From a virus (lineage: Duplodnaviria > Caudoviricetes), in IMG/VR virus record IMGVR_UViG_3300033463_000008: DNA of 64,000 nucleotides; one strand, 5' to 3'. Below are positions 55,539-64,000 of this stretch, piece by piece. The position numbers were made by a program, and so were the translations under genes. Under the pieces are notes generated by a model. It was given only the letters and a program-made list of their open reading frames with translations. It had not been told where the DNA came from and searched no databases. Position 1 is the stretch's first letter. The number at the start of each line of letters is the position of its first letter.

Positions 55539-56051
55539 TTAGTGACGGAATAGCCAATAATCTACACCGGAAACCGCCTTAAAGAGCTTGAGTGCGGTTT
55601 CGCAGTTGGCCGCAGCCGTCGCGATGAGGTTTTCCTTGACTATGTCTGCCGGAGCGCCATTCCCCATGCTTTGACATCCGTCTGCAGCCGAATAGAGGGC
55701 GGTATTGCATTGGCCTTGCTGGGCGCGATTGAAGATATCCATGACCTGATTAGCGATAGGAGTGCCTTCCATCTGTGCACGGACTGCTTCAAGACAGGCA
55801 TTGAAGGATTTGAGGTCGATAGATTCTCCGGTTGCCGGGGCAGCGTTGCTCCCGCCGGAAGTAGCGTAGCTGGCGTCCGCAGCTGCGGCTGCTTCGTTGC
55901 CCGGTATGTCGCTGATTGCACTACCCATAGCAAAACCATAGAAACCGGCTTTCTTCTTCTGTGGGCCGTTGCTTTCGATTGTGTGGGTGATTCCACCAGA
56001 GTTCTTCCCTGCATTGACTACGCTATTGACAAATGTGTCTTTTTTGGCCAT
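55539..56051 (-). CDS. Hypothetical protein, putative virion component
   Basis: TATAAACT upstream; FNACLEAV..QMEG motif. Confidence 0.7.
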   Translation of the reverse strand: MAKKDTFVNSVVNAGKNSGGITHTIESNGPQKKKAGFYGFAMGSAISDIPGNEAAAAADASYATSGGSNAAPATGESIDLKSFNACLEAVRAQMEGTPIANQVMDIFNRAQQGQCNTALYSAADGCQSMGNGAPADIVKENLIATAAANCETALKLFKAVSGVDYWLFRH

Positions 56052-56076
56052 GATGTAACCTCTTGGAGATAGTTTA

Positions 56077-57343
56077 TAGTATAGGGGCGGGAAAACTCAC
56101 CGCCTTTTTAGGCGGCGAGATGAAAGCCTCTTTAATAAACTGTTAAAATGGAGTATATTTGAGATATGTTTCAACGGGCATACAACATCCGGTTATATCC
56201 AAGCCGGCAGCAGGCGGTCTTGCTAGGCAAGACCTTCGGCTGTTGCCGCAAGGTGTACAACTGCATGCTGGATGCCCGTTTGAAGTCGTATGAGGCGACC
56301 GGCACACAGTGTCGGACAAAACCAACCGACTATTATGCCGAGTTTCCGTTTCTAAAAGAAGTTGACAGCAACGCCCTCACAGGCGAAGTCCTCAACCTGA
56401 ACGCGGCATTCAAGAACTTCTTCAAACGGAAGGCCGATGGGGTCGGGCTTCCGAAGTTCAAGGCCAAGCATCGCGACCGCGACTCCTATACCAGTTACCG
56501 GACAAAAGAAAATATCCGAATCGAGAACGGCAGGCTGCGCCTTCCGAAAATCGGGTTTGTCAAGTTCAAGGATTATAAGAATATCGACTGGAACGGGAAG
56601 GATATCAAGCACGCGACTGTAAGCCGGTCGCGTTCGGGAAAGTTCTACGCCTCGATAATGGTCGAGGAGGAAGCGCCGAAGACACTCTCAAAATCCGATT
56701 ATGCCGTAGGCATCGACATAGGAATCAAGGACTTCTGCGTGACGAGCGACGGCGAGGCCGTCGCCAACCCGCGCTATATGAAACAGGCCGAGGACCGCCT
56801 CGCGGTCCTCCAGAAGGCTTTTTCAAAGAAAAATGGCAAGTCAGTTCGACGCGAGGCGCTGCGCAAGCGCATCGCCCGCCTCCACGAGCACATTGCTAGC
56901 CAACGCAAGGATTTTCTCCACAAGCTATCATCCCGACTCATTCGCGAGAACCAAACGATTGCAGTCGAGGACTTGGATGTAAGGCAGGTCGCCGAAGGCG
57001 ATCTTGCCAAGTCCGAGCATGATACCGGGTGGGGAATGTTCCTGAACATGCTGAATTACAAGGCTGAATGGTATGGAAGGACCATCGTCCGTGTCGGACG
57101 ATGGTTCCCTTCCTCGCAAATCTGCCACTGCTGTGGCTTCAGGAACGAAGTTGTTAAAAATTTGAGTGTCCGGGAGTGGAAGTGCCCGCAATGCGGCACT
57201 TCCCACAATAGAGACCTCAATGCCGCCATCAACATCCTTGACGAAGGCAAAAGAATTCTCGCCGCCGGAACGGCGGTCCAAGGCGCGGGCGCTCCTACGG
57301 GGCTAACGCGAAGCGTGCAGCTTTCAAGCTGTGCGTAGTTCAC
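56077..57343 (+). mobile_element. IS200/IS605 superfamily, IS1341-type (tnpB-only) element
   Basis: Left-end hairpin CTCACCGCCT/AGGCGGCGAG (56096-56119), tnpB, right-end hairpin GCAGCT/AGCTGT and terminal TAGTTCAC. No tnpA. Left boundary is approximate. Confidence 0.8.
56166..57338 (+). CDS. tnpB: RNA-guided endonuclease TnpB
   Basis: [15 protein letters not shown], RuvC GIDIG / VEDL / RDLNAA intact, zinc finger CHCC..CPQC. Confidence 0.95.
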   Translation: MFQRAYNIRLYPSRQQAVLLGKTFGCCRKVYNCMLDARLKSYEATGTQCRTKPTDYYAEFPFLKEVDSNALTGEVLNLNAAFKNFFKRKADGVGLPKFKAKHRDRDSYTSYRTKENIRIENGRLRLPKIGFVKFKDYKNIDWNGKDIKHATVSRSRSGKFYASIMVEEEAPKTLSKSDYAVGIDIGIKDFCVTSDGEAVANPRYMKQAEDRLAVLQKAFSKKNGKSVRREALRKRIARLHEHIASQRKDFLHKLSSRLIRENQTIAVEDLDVRQVAEGDLAKSEHDTGWGMFLNMLNYKAEWYGRTIVRVGRWFPSSQICHCCGFRNEVVKNLSVREWKCPQCGTSHNRDLNAAINILDEGKRILAAGTAVQGAGAPTGLTRSVQLSSCA

Positions 57344-57360
57344 AATTTGAGAGGAATACC

Positions 57361-58347
57361 ATGAAAGATGTCTATACTGTTATAGGTGTGGCTAGGAAAG
57401 CCAGCGATGAGGAAATTCTTGCCGCATACAAGAAACGGGCGCGCGAATTGCATCCAGACCACGGTGGAAGCCCGGAACAGATGGCTGAGCTTAATGAAGC
57501 GTATGCCAAGATTAAGACGCCGGAGTTGCGTCGGAAATATGATGCCTCACATTCGTTTTCGAGTACAATGGCTACGTGGAGTGCCGCGATGGGAAAGTCA
57601 AGCGTAGCCAAAAATTTTGGCAATGCACCAATTTCGACAGATCCGCGCAAGGTTGACGGCACTGATGCCCCGGTGAATGTGGAAATTTCCATGGAGGCTT
57701 TTGTAAAGGGCGCTCCTATCATGACGGTGCAGTACATGGTCGAGCATGAATGCCTTGAATGTTCGGGTACAGGGGGTGACCATCTGGAAACATGCCCGAA
57801 CTGCCACGGTGAACGTAATGTACGCACGGTAACGAATGAAGGTGACAAGGTTATCAGATGCCCGGTATGTTCCGGTACGGGCATGGTTCCGGTTGGACAA
57901 TGTGTCGTATGTGGCGGAACCGGGGTTTCCGGCAAGCAGGTGAGCCATTCATTCCATTACAAGAAAGGTACCGTCGATATGGTTGTCCCGGGAAAGGGGA
58001 ATGGTGGCCGATACGGGGGCATGAACGGAAATCTTGTATTGGAATTCCACCCAAAGGCGACGAAACATTTGAGCTTTGATGGCGACAAGTTCATTTATTT
58101 CCACCAATTGCCGGTAGAAAGCTTCATTTTGGGAACATCGGTCGAAATAGACTATCCGGGTCCATTGATGGTCAAGAAGATACCGGCTGGAAGTACGTAC
58201 AGTTACAAGGAAACTGTAGAAAATTTCATGGGCCTGCCATATCCATGCGATTTTGTGTTTACCCCCGCCGACGAACCTGCCTCGGATGCCATAAAGGGTA
58301 AGCTGGAAGAAATTTCAAAACTGCGAATGAATATAGTTTCCGACTAA
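57361..58347 (+). CDS. dnaJ: DnaJ-like co-chaperone
   Basis: J domain with HPD, four CxxCxG(xG) repeats and C-terminal G.G..G..G..GNL. No G/F-rich region. Confidence 0.9.
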   Translation: MKDVYTVIGVARKASDEEILAAYKKRARELHPDHGGSPEQMAELNEAYAKIKTPELRRKYDASHSFSSTMATWSAAMGKSSVAKNFGNAPISTDPRKVDGTDAPVNVEISMEAFVKGAPIMTVQYMVEHECLECSGTGGDHLETCPNCHGERNVRTVTNEGDKVIRCPVCSGTGMVPVGQCVVCGGTGVSGKQVSHSFHYKKGTVDMVVPGKGNGGRYGGMNGNLVLEFHPKATKHLSFDGDKFIYFHQLPVESFILGTSVEIDYPGPLMVKKIPAGSTYSYKETVENFMGLPYPCDFVFTPADEPASDAIKGKLEEISKLRMNIVSD

Positions 58348-58360
58348 GAGGTTTAAGAAT

Positions 58361-58723
58361 ATGAGCAAGAAAATCAGTCTCACGATTGCCGAAAGGTATG
58401 ATATTGTCAAGTACGCCCACCAGATTCCGTCTACCATGGTGACATACTTTGCTTTTCCGGAATTCCTGGAAGTAATCCAGATTACCGATGAAGAAGCTAA
58501 GGAATTCGGCGTGAAAGTCGTTGATGGTGTTGTCGAGTGCAACTGTCCTGACCGCAAGTTTGAATATGATACGGACAGCTTCCCTAAGCCAATCATGGAC
58601 ACTATTTCCCAGTACGTCAAGGATGTGCAGGCAGAGATTGACGAAGAGAAGAAGAATACTCCGGACCACAGCGCATCTCCACTGTACGAAAAGATTGTTG
58701 CATCTCTTTCCAAGATTCTCTAA
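58361..58723 (+). CDS. Hypothetical protein
   Basis: 120-aa ORF with GAGG RBS and ATATAGTTT upstream. Confidence 0.7.
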   Translation: MSKKISLTIAERYDIVKYAHQIPSTMVTYFAFPEFLEVIQITDEEAKEFGVKVVDGVVECNCPDRKFEYDTDSFPKPIMDTISQYVKDVQAEIDEEKKNTPDHSASPLYEKIVASLSKIL

Positions 58724-59658
58724 TGGTTTCCGTACCCTGTCAGCTTGGCCTAAGCTCGTGCTTTTCGCAGTATAACGTCATGCTCTCCGATGAGGATGGG
58801 GAGGATGTTGTGCAGCGTTTCAAGGATGAAATCGATGGCCTGATGGGTAGTCCGGAACTGTTTTACATCCCGGTGCCATTCTATGTGGCTACCGGAACGA
58901 TAGGCAGCATCCATGCGGAATTCATGATTGTATTCCTGTATGCCGGCATACCGTTTATCCTCACCTCCCCATATTCCATTGATGGGGCCGGGCTGGGTGA
59001 TGCCGAGGTTACCTATGATGGTGGGCGCCTGGTTGCCCGTATCTTTGGTGAAAACAACCGCCAGGTCTTTTCGTTGGGGTTCATTCCCGACGGTGAGAAT
59101 CCGCTGGAGTATGCAAAGACGTATCTTATGCATAATCCGCCCATTCCATCGCCGGATATTGACATGATGGTAGCCGAGGAACACTTGGTCAATGCCAAGG
59201 TGAATGAAAGAAAGGGTGTGATATCAAAGGACGGTGGAACCCGTCTCGAAATCTACGCGCTTGATACCGACGAAAGCCGGATGATACGCGCCAACAAGGA
59301 TTTTGGTGACGATCCGTACAAGGAGCGGGGGATACCTGCCGGGATGACCGAGGTCATTGCCTATGGCGGCATGCCCGATATCATCTCCTTTGGGAACATC
59401 TGTACTACCGATGGCTCTGTGTTTGAGGTATGGGCACCCAATGCCCCTGGATTGACTCAGGTTGCCAGGTCCATCTTCGACGATGAACTGCTTCCTGTCG
59501 ATTCAATGACACTGGATACTGACGGGGTGGAGGAATGTTATGCCAAGTTCCATAAGAAACTAAGGGAAATGGAAGATGAAATCGTCGATAAGGAAATTGA
59601 GGCGGAAAGTGATGAAGAAACACCGCCTACGATATCCGAAGATGAATATGAAGAATGA
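58723..59658 (+). CDS. Hypothetical acidic protein
   Basis: 311-aa ORF with a TAATG overlap. Confidence 0.7.
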   Translation: MVSVPCQLGLSSCFSQYNVMLSDEDGEDVVQRFKDEIDGLMGSPELFYIPVPFYVATGTIGSIHAEFMIVFLYAGIPFILTSPYSIDGAGLGDAEVTYDGGRLVARIFGENNRQVFSLGFIPDGENPLEYAKTYLMHNPPIPSPDIDMMVAEEHLVNAKVNERKGVISKDGGTRLEIYALDTDESRMIRANKDFGDDPYKERGIPAGMTEVIAYGGMPDIISFGNICTTDGSVFEVWAPNAPGLTQVARSIFDDELLPVDSMTLDTDGVEECYAKFHKKLREMEDEIVDKEIEAESDEETPPTISEDEYEE

Positions 59659-59660
59659 TG

Positions 59661-59687
59661 AAATGCGCTCCACTGGGGCGCATTTTT
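59661..59687 (+). terminator. Rho-independent terminator
   Basis: AAATGCGCTCC-ACT-GGGGCGCATTT followed by TT. Confidence 0.75.
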
Positions 59688-59738
59688 GATGAATATTTTA
59701 TAAAACTGTAGCTAAATTGACAATCTGGGAAACTGAAT

Positions 59739-62396
59739 ATGGCTAGTATTAACATGACTCCGAAAGCGGCGTTTGAAAACATCCAAAATCGTCTGTATGC
59801 CGCGATTAAAGAAGGCAAGGAAAAGACTGGAATCTTTGAGTCTATCATGGAAGCGACTGGTGGTTCTGGCTTCATTGATTTGGGTGAGGATGCCTTATTC
59901 GGTGATGGGGATGATGACCTTGATTCATTGTCTCCTGATGAATCCAATCCGGAACAGTCTGATACTCCGGTACAGCCTGAAAATAATGGTGCTGCGAAGC
60001 CGATGATTGATTTGGGCGAGGAAGCCGTATTTGGCGGTGACGATGATTTGGGTGAAGAAAGTCCGATTGTTCTCAGTGATGATAACCTGTTCAATCCCAC
60101 TCCCGTGGATAGTGCCCCGAAACCGGCAGCAAAGAGGAGAGTACGTAAGACTGCGGCAGAACGTGAAGCGGAAGAACGCCAGCATCGTGAAAAACTGCGC
60201 CAGCTTGCCAAAGATACCACTTTTTCATCTGCTGAAATTAGGGAGGGCTGGCTTAAGCTCTTTAGTATTGCCGATAAAAATAAGGAATACTTGAAAGATG
60301 CTGGACAGTTAGTTACCGAAGATGAAGTGCAGGTGCTATTCCTTACCGAATATAACAATTATTCTGGCCGTGAACATACCGACGCTTCCGACGCGGCAAT
60401 TACTGCTATACCGGATATTTTCAAGAAAAAGCTGGATTTCATTGTTTCCAGTATCGATGAACGCCTTCATGGCAGGGGCGACTTCATGCGTAACGGGTCT
60501 ATTGTCCAGTACCTTATGCGTGCCGGTACCCTTGAGTCTGCTCATAGAACTATTAGATTAAGACGTTCAGCAGATTTGGGTATTAAAGACAAATCGATTG
60601 CCTCGGAGAAAACCGACATTCTTAATCAGTTCATTCTGAAGTCGGACCTTGACCAATGCATGGCTTGGCTAAGCCATCGGTTTAATGGCTATAATGTACC
60701 TCTTGGTGCTTTGGAACACATGGCGCTTGAAATTCTGGGTAATGGCGTTCATAAAGGCGACCTTGCTACTAAACTGGGTGGGAAAACGGAAATTCCTCAT
60801 ACTTTTGATATTCCAAAGTATGGTACAATTTCTCAGTCCGGTGACAACGCGGTTGTCATGGGTCCACAAAAGTTTCTTGAAAATTTGAATAGACTTATTG
60901 CACCACTTTTGCCGAGTTCTGCCGTTAATGTTGCATACAGGGGTCTTAAAATCGAAGACTGTGACAGCATTGTGAGAGGCCGGCATCATGGCGGTGTCAA
61001 ATGCATTAGGATGAATGCGGCTCAGTTCTTGCCAATTCTTAACCGATTGACTGCCGATTCAGAAGATGGCGCGAACGATGCGCCGATTATTCCGATCGCA
61101 TTTAAGGTTGGTATGGTTGCCACTGATTCGATGACGGGCTCGGGTGATAAGAATGGAACAAGTGGAGCAGACGCTTTACTTTCTAATAAGTCAGATGATG
61201 GTACCGTTGAATTTTCTGCCGCATTTGGTGAACAGCGTGCGGCTAATGGATTGATGCGAGTGCTGCATTCAATGGCGGCTAGAGATATTGCCCGCATTGC
61301 CATTGCGGAAAAGGAGTTGTCTGATGCAGTAAGCCATCCGGGTGAAATTGGTGCATTGTCTGAATATTCATCCAGTATATTGAAGTGGCTGTGCGATGTT
61401 GCTAAAATTCCATACACCACGACTTCAAAGAAAGGCATTACGATATTGAAGCCGGAATCCGACAAGTCTATCGTTGCCCAGGCGGCCAAGTCTGCGGATT
61501 TGAGTAATGGAAAGCATGCTGTCGTGCAGGCTGCAATGCTTTTCAATAATTCCCTGCTTCATAGGTTCTCGGACAAGGATGACATGGGCGATATAAGTGA
61601 TATCCCCTCGATGAGTGCCGAGGAAACTCGTAAGGCTGCTATGCCGATACTCCAGCTTGGCGACCTTGCTGAAATGTGCTATGATAATTTGTCCAAGAAT
61701 TACGGCGGGACGAATGGTGAAGATGCCGGTGCTACTGATATCCTGACAGTTTTTGGTAAGGGATACATTGTGTACCGCATGGGTGCATTGTTTGACATTG
61801 ATACCCGTAATATTCTTCCTCTCGTTACCGATATGCGTACATTCAATAGGCAGGTTGCTGCGGGCACCGGTTTGGAAAATGTACCGAATGTCAATATGCT
61901 CCTTTATCGGTTGACTGAGATGGGTGCCGCTGACGTGGTCAGCATGGCTAACCGTCTTACCGAAGTGGCTGATGAAATGGATCTTGGCAATGTAGCGGCC
62001 CTTAGTAATGAAGAAATTACGACACCCGGCTTCTATGTCAACAATTCCATGAAGTTCTCTGATTTGGAACAGAGCGGCCTTCTTCAGGCTATAGCGCATG
62101 TTACCAATATGGAGCCGATGGAATGCGTATGCAGTGCTGCGGAAATACTTACCGGAATGGATAATGGTTCCATATCGAAGTATTACTCCGAACTGACAAG
62201 GGGCGTTGACAAGAATGCCATCGTCCAGGGTGCCCGGTACATCAAGAAACATGGCGGTGACTTGGTTGACATCGCAATGACTGATTCTGGAAAGGAAGTG
62301 ATTAAGAAGGCAGAGCCAAAACCGGCAGTTTCGACACCTCGCGCAGTTCCTACTACCAGGGTGGCTCCTAGACGCGTTGGCCGAGGCCGTTTCTAA
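59739..62396 (+). CDS. Large hypothetical protein (885 aa), putative virion component
   Basis: TATAAAACT upstream; IFESIMEA motif; repeated IDLGE.A.FG..DDDL. Confidence 0.8.
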   Translation: MASINMTPKAAFENIQNRLYAAIKEGKEKTGIFESIMEATGGSGFIDLGEDALFGDGDDDLDSLSPDESNPEQSDTPVQPENNGAAKPMIDLGEEAVFGGDDDLGEESPIVLSDDNLFNPTPVDSAPKPAAKRRVRKTAAEREAEERQHREKLRQLAKDTTFSSAEIREGWLKLFSIADKNKEYLKDAGQLVTEDEVQVLFLTEYNNYSGREHTDASDAAITAIPDIFKKKLDFIVSSIDERLHGRGDFMRNGSIVQYLMRAGTLESAHRTIRLRRSADLGIKDKSIASEKTDILNQFILKSDLDQCMAWLSHRFNGYNVPLGALEHMALEILGNGVHKGDLATKLGGKTEIPHTFDIPKYGTISQSGDNAVVMGPQKFLENLNRLIAPLLPSSAVNVAYRGLKIEDCDSIVRGRHHGGVKCIRMNAAQFLPILNRLTADSEDGANDAPIIPIAFKVGMVATDSMTGSGDKNGTSGADALLSNKSDDGTVEFSAAFGEQRAANGLMRVLHSMAARDIARIAIAEKELSDAVSHPGEIGALSEYSSSILKWLCDVAKIPYTTTSKKGITILKPESDKSIVAQAAKSADLSNGKHAVVQAAMLFNNSLLHRFSDKDDMGDISDIPSMSAEETRKAAMPILQLGDLAEMCYDNLSKNYGGTNGEDAGATDILTVFGKGYIVYRMGALFDIDTRNILPLVTDMRTFNRQVAAGTGLENVPNVNMLLYRLTEMGAADVVSMANRLTEVADEMDLGNVAALSNEEITTPGFYVNNSMKFSDLEQSGLLQAIAHVTNMEPMECVCSAAEILTGMDNGSISKYYSELTRGVDKNAIVQGARYIKKHGGDLVDIAMTDSGKEVIKKAEPKPAVSTPRAVPTTRVAPRRVGRGRF

Positions 62397-62407
62397 GCGA
62401 GGGTTTC

Positions 62408-63658
62408 GTGAGTATCATTCATCCGACATATGATACCTATTTTGTGGTGGGGGACAATGGTGTCACGCACAGTGACGCCACTGTGCTTCCTATTTCGGAA
62501 AAGTCCTTTGCTGCATGCAAGTTTGCTATATCCGGGCTGGACGAAGTCAACCATCCTGAAGTACTCCTTAAAGTAACTGTCAAGTCCTCCAATATACTTG
62601 GCAATGTTATCGGCATGCTTGGGGTATACGAAATTTCCGATTCCAACTGGATTGGTACTGATTCATATGATAAGGTGGATGGAAAGGTGAGTGTCAGCCC
62701 CATTGCAATAAGCAAACCTGTCAGTTCCCTTGACTGGGCATGTGGAGGCGATGCGAAAGATCCGGAAATAACCTTTACCATTCCAGCATCCGTAGTCAAG
62801 CAGTGGAAGCGCAACCACCTGAGCTTGGTGTCCTTAGCCATTGCAAATTATGGTGATTTTGAACAGGATGGCGTGGTTGAGCTGGATTCTGCTGAAACTG
62901 CATTGGATATTGAGGAAAGTACGCAGCCTGCAGAGGAACCATTTGATGTGATTGCTACTCCGAGCACCTTGATTCCGGGTGGACGGGCTTCCATCACTAT
63001 AACTACGCCTGAACGTACGTTCGGTTCTGATATCGAGGATATCGTCGTTACGCTTGATGGCGAAAGTGTTCCGGTTATAGCAGGCGATGAACATTCCGTG
63101 AAGGTGGTAGTTCCTGACATTCCTGGCAAGGTTGAAGGCATGGCGGAATTGCTGATAACGAATGGGGATGGTGTTGCATTAAGCAATGTGACCCGTGTCT
63201 ATTATGACGCAAGTTCAACCAAGCGGAACAAGGTGTTTACTGCGCCGGCCCGCCTGGATGACGATAATGAACGGCTGAGTAATTCCGCGGTCTACAATCG
63301 TGACCTCGGGTTCAACAATTTTGCCGAAATCACTGATGAAAACAGCTTGGTGCAGAATATTTACAACATCCTCCTTACCAGGAAGGGCGAACGGCTGTTT
63401 AATTCCAATTTCGGGACGACTATCGAAGAACGTGTCTTTGGCATAATGAATGAGGATGATGAAACCAGTATCCTTCAGGAATGCTTTGCGGCTATTCAGG
63501 AATATGAGCCGCGAGTGTCTGTTGATTATGAGGAAAGCCGGGTTGATATCGACTATGACGGCAATACTATCCGCATAATTATCGCGGTCGTGCTGCCTAG
63601 CGGGTCATCGGAATACATTGTTCTTCCATTCAAGACTAGAGGGAATATCGTCAAATGA
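62408..63658 (+). CDS. gp25: Baseplate wedge gp25 fused to N-terminal beta-sandwich (IPT/TIG-like) domains
   Basis: SLVQNIYNILLTRKGERLFNSNFGT...AIQEYEPRV is the gp25 signature. Upstream PGG..ITIT...FG...V...I.VVVP is IPT-like. Confidence 0.85.
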   Translation: MSIIHPTYDTYFVVGDNGVTHSDATVLPISEKSFAACKFAISGLDEVNHPEVLLKVTVKSSNILGNVIGMLGVYEISDSNWIGTDSYDKVDGKVSVSPIAISKPVSSLDWACGGDAKDPEITFTIPASVVKQWKRNHLSLVSLAIANYGDFEQDGVVELDSAETALDIEESTQPAEEPFDVIATPSTLIPGGRASITITTPERTFGSDIEDIVVTLDGESVPVIAGDEHSVKVVVPDIPGKVEGMAELLITNGDGVALSNVTRVYYDASSTKRNKVFTAPARLDDDNERLSNSAVYNRDLGFNNFAEITDENSLVQNIYNILLTRKGERLFNSNFGTTIEERVFGIMNEDDETSILQECFAAIQEYEPRVSVDYEESRVDIDYDGNTIRIIIAVVLPSGSSEYIVLPFKTRGNIVK

Positions 63659-64000
63659 TGCTTGGACAGCAAGTTGCCGCCAATACCCACCTGGTATACG
63701 TGGATAACTACAAGACCGACTGGAAGGAAGTTGGCCTGCGTCTTGGCATTTGCGATAAGGATGGTACACCGAATTCGGGTACCTACATAATGGAATCCAA
63801 TTATTACAATTCCAACGGGGTGACAATGCCTGCGATGCGACTTGATGGCAAGAGCGTCGAGATATTTGTCGTGGACGGTGTTGTTGAAGGCGTCAAGGAT
63901 CCAATTTCCTTGGTTAACGCCCTGAATCATTTCCATGTCCCCACGATGGACTTTGGGACTTACAAGTTCTCTGGCAAGTTCAGTACGGCTCCAGGCAAGC
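63655..64000 (+). CDS. 5' part of a hypothetical (baseplate-associated?) protein, truncated
   Basis: ATGA overlap with the gp25 stop; frame open to the window end (MMLGQQVAANTH...). Confidence 0.6.
   Translation, partial: MMLGQQVAANTHLVYVDNYKTDWKEVGLRLGICDKDGTPNSGTYIMESNYYNSNGVTMPAMRLDGKSVEIFVVDGVVEGVKDPISLVNALNHFHVPTMDFGTYKFSGKFSTAPGK

Noticed and set aside
56166-57338. Nuclease-dead TldR or Cas12f
   Set aside because: All three RuvC acidic residues are present, IS end hairpins are retained and there is no CRISPR array.
1-64000. Stop-codon reassignment
   Set aside because: Conserved genes are full length in the standard code, and TAG, TGA and TAA all end genes.

Overview
A 64-kb segment of a large T4-like (jumbo-type) myophage genome, about 50% GC, standard genetic code, very gene dense. 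It carries contractile tail and baseplate genes (gp18 sheath, gp19 tube, gp5, gp25, gp26/tail chaperone, gp53-like, gp27-like, tape-measure-like, gp4 head completion). These are interleaved with replication and recombination genes (gp44/gp62 clamp loader, gp46/gp47, UvsW, UvsY, RNase H). Also present: several glycosyltransferase-like genes plus a divergent UDP-galactopyranose mutase, DnaJ, an M16 peptidase, several very large proteins of unknown function, and an IS1341-type TnpB element. Most notable observations: (i) an exonuclease-less family-A polymerase-fold gene next to a structured, repeat-containing 570-bp intergenic region at the strand switch, a candidate origin/initiator or RNA-polymerase module; (ii) three recurring promoter classes, several with an anti-Shine-Dalgarno hairpin built into the promoter; (iii) a probable +1 frameshift in the tail chaperone upstream of the tape-measure-like gene; (iv) a galactofuranose-type glycosylation set that includes apparent pseudo-enzymes; (v) a shared N-terminal motif in putative late-expressed head proteins. 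All family calls come from motif recognition by eye; no database searches were run.
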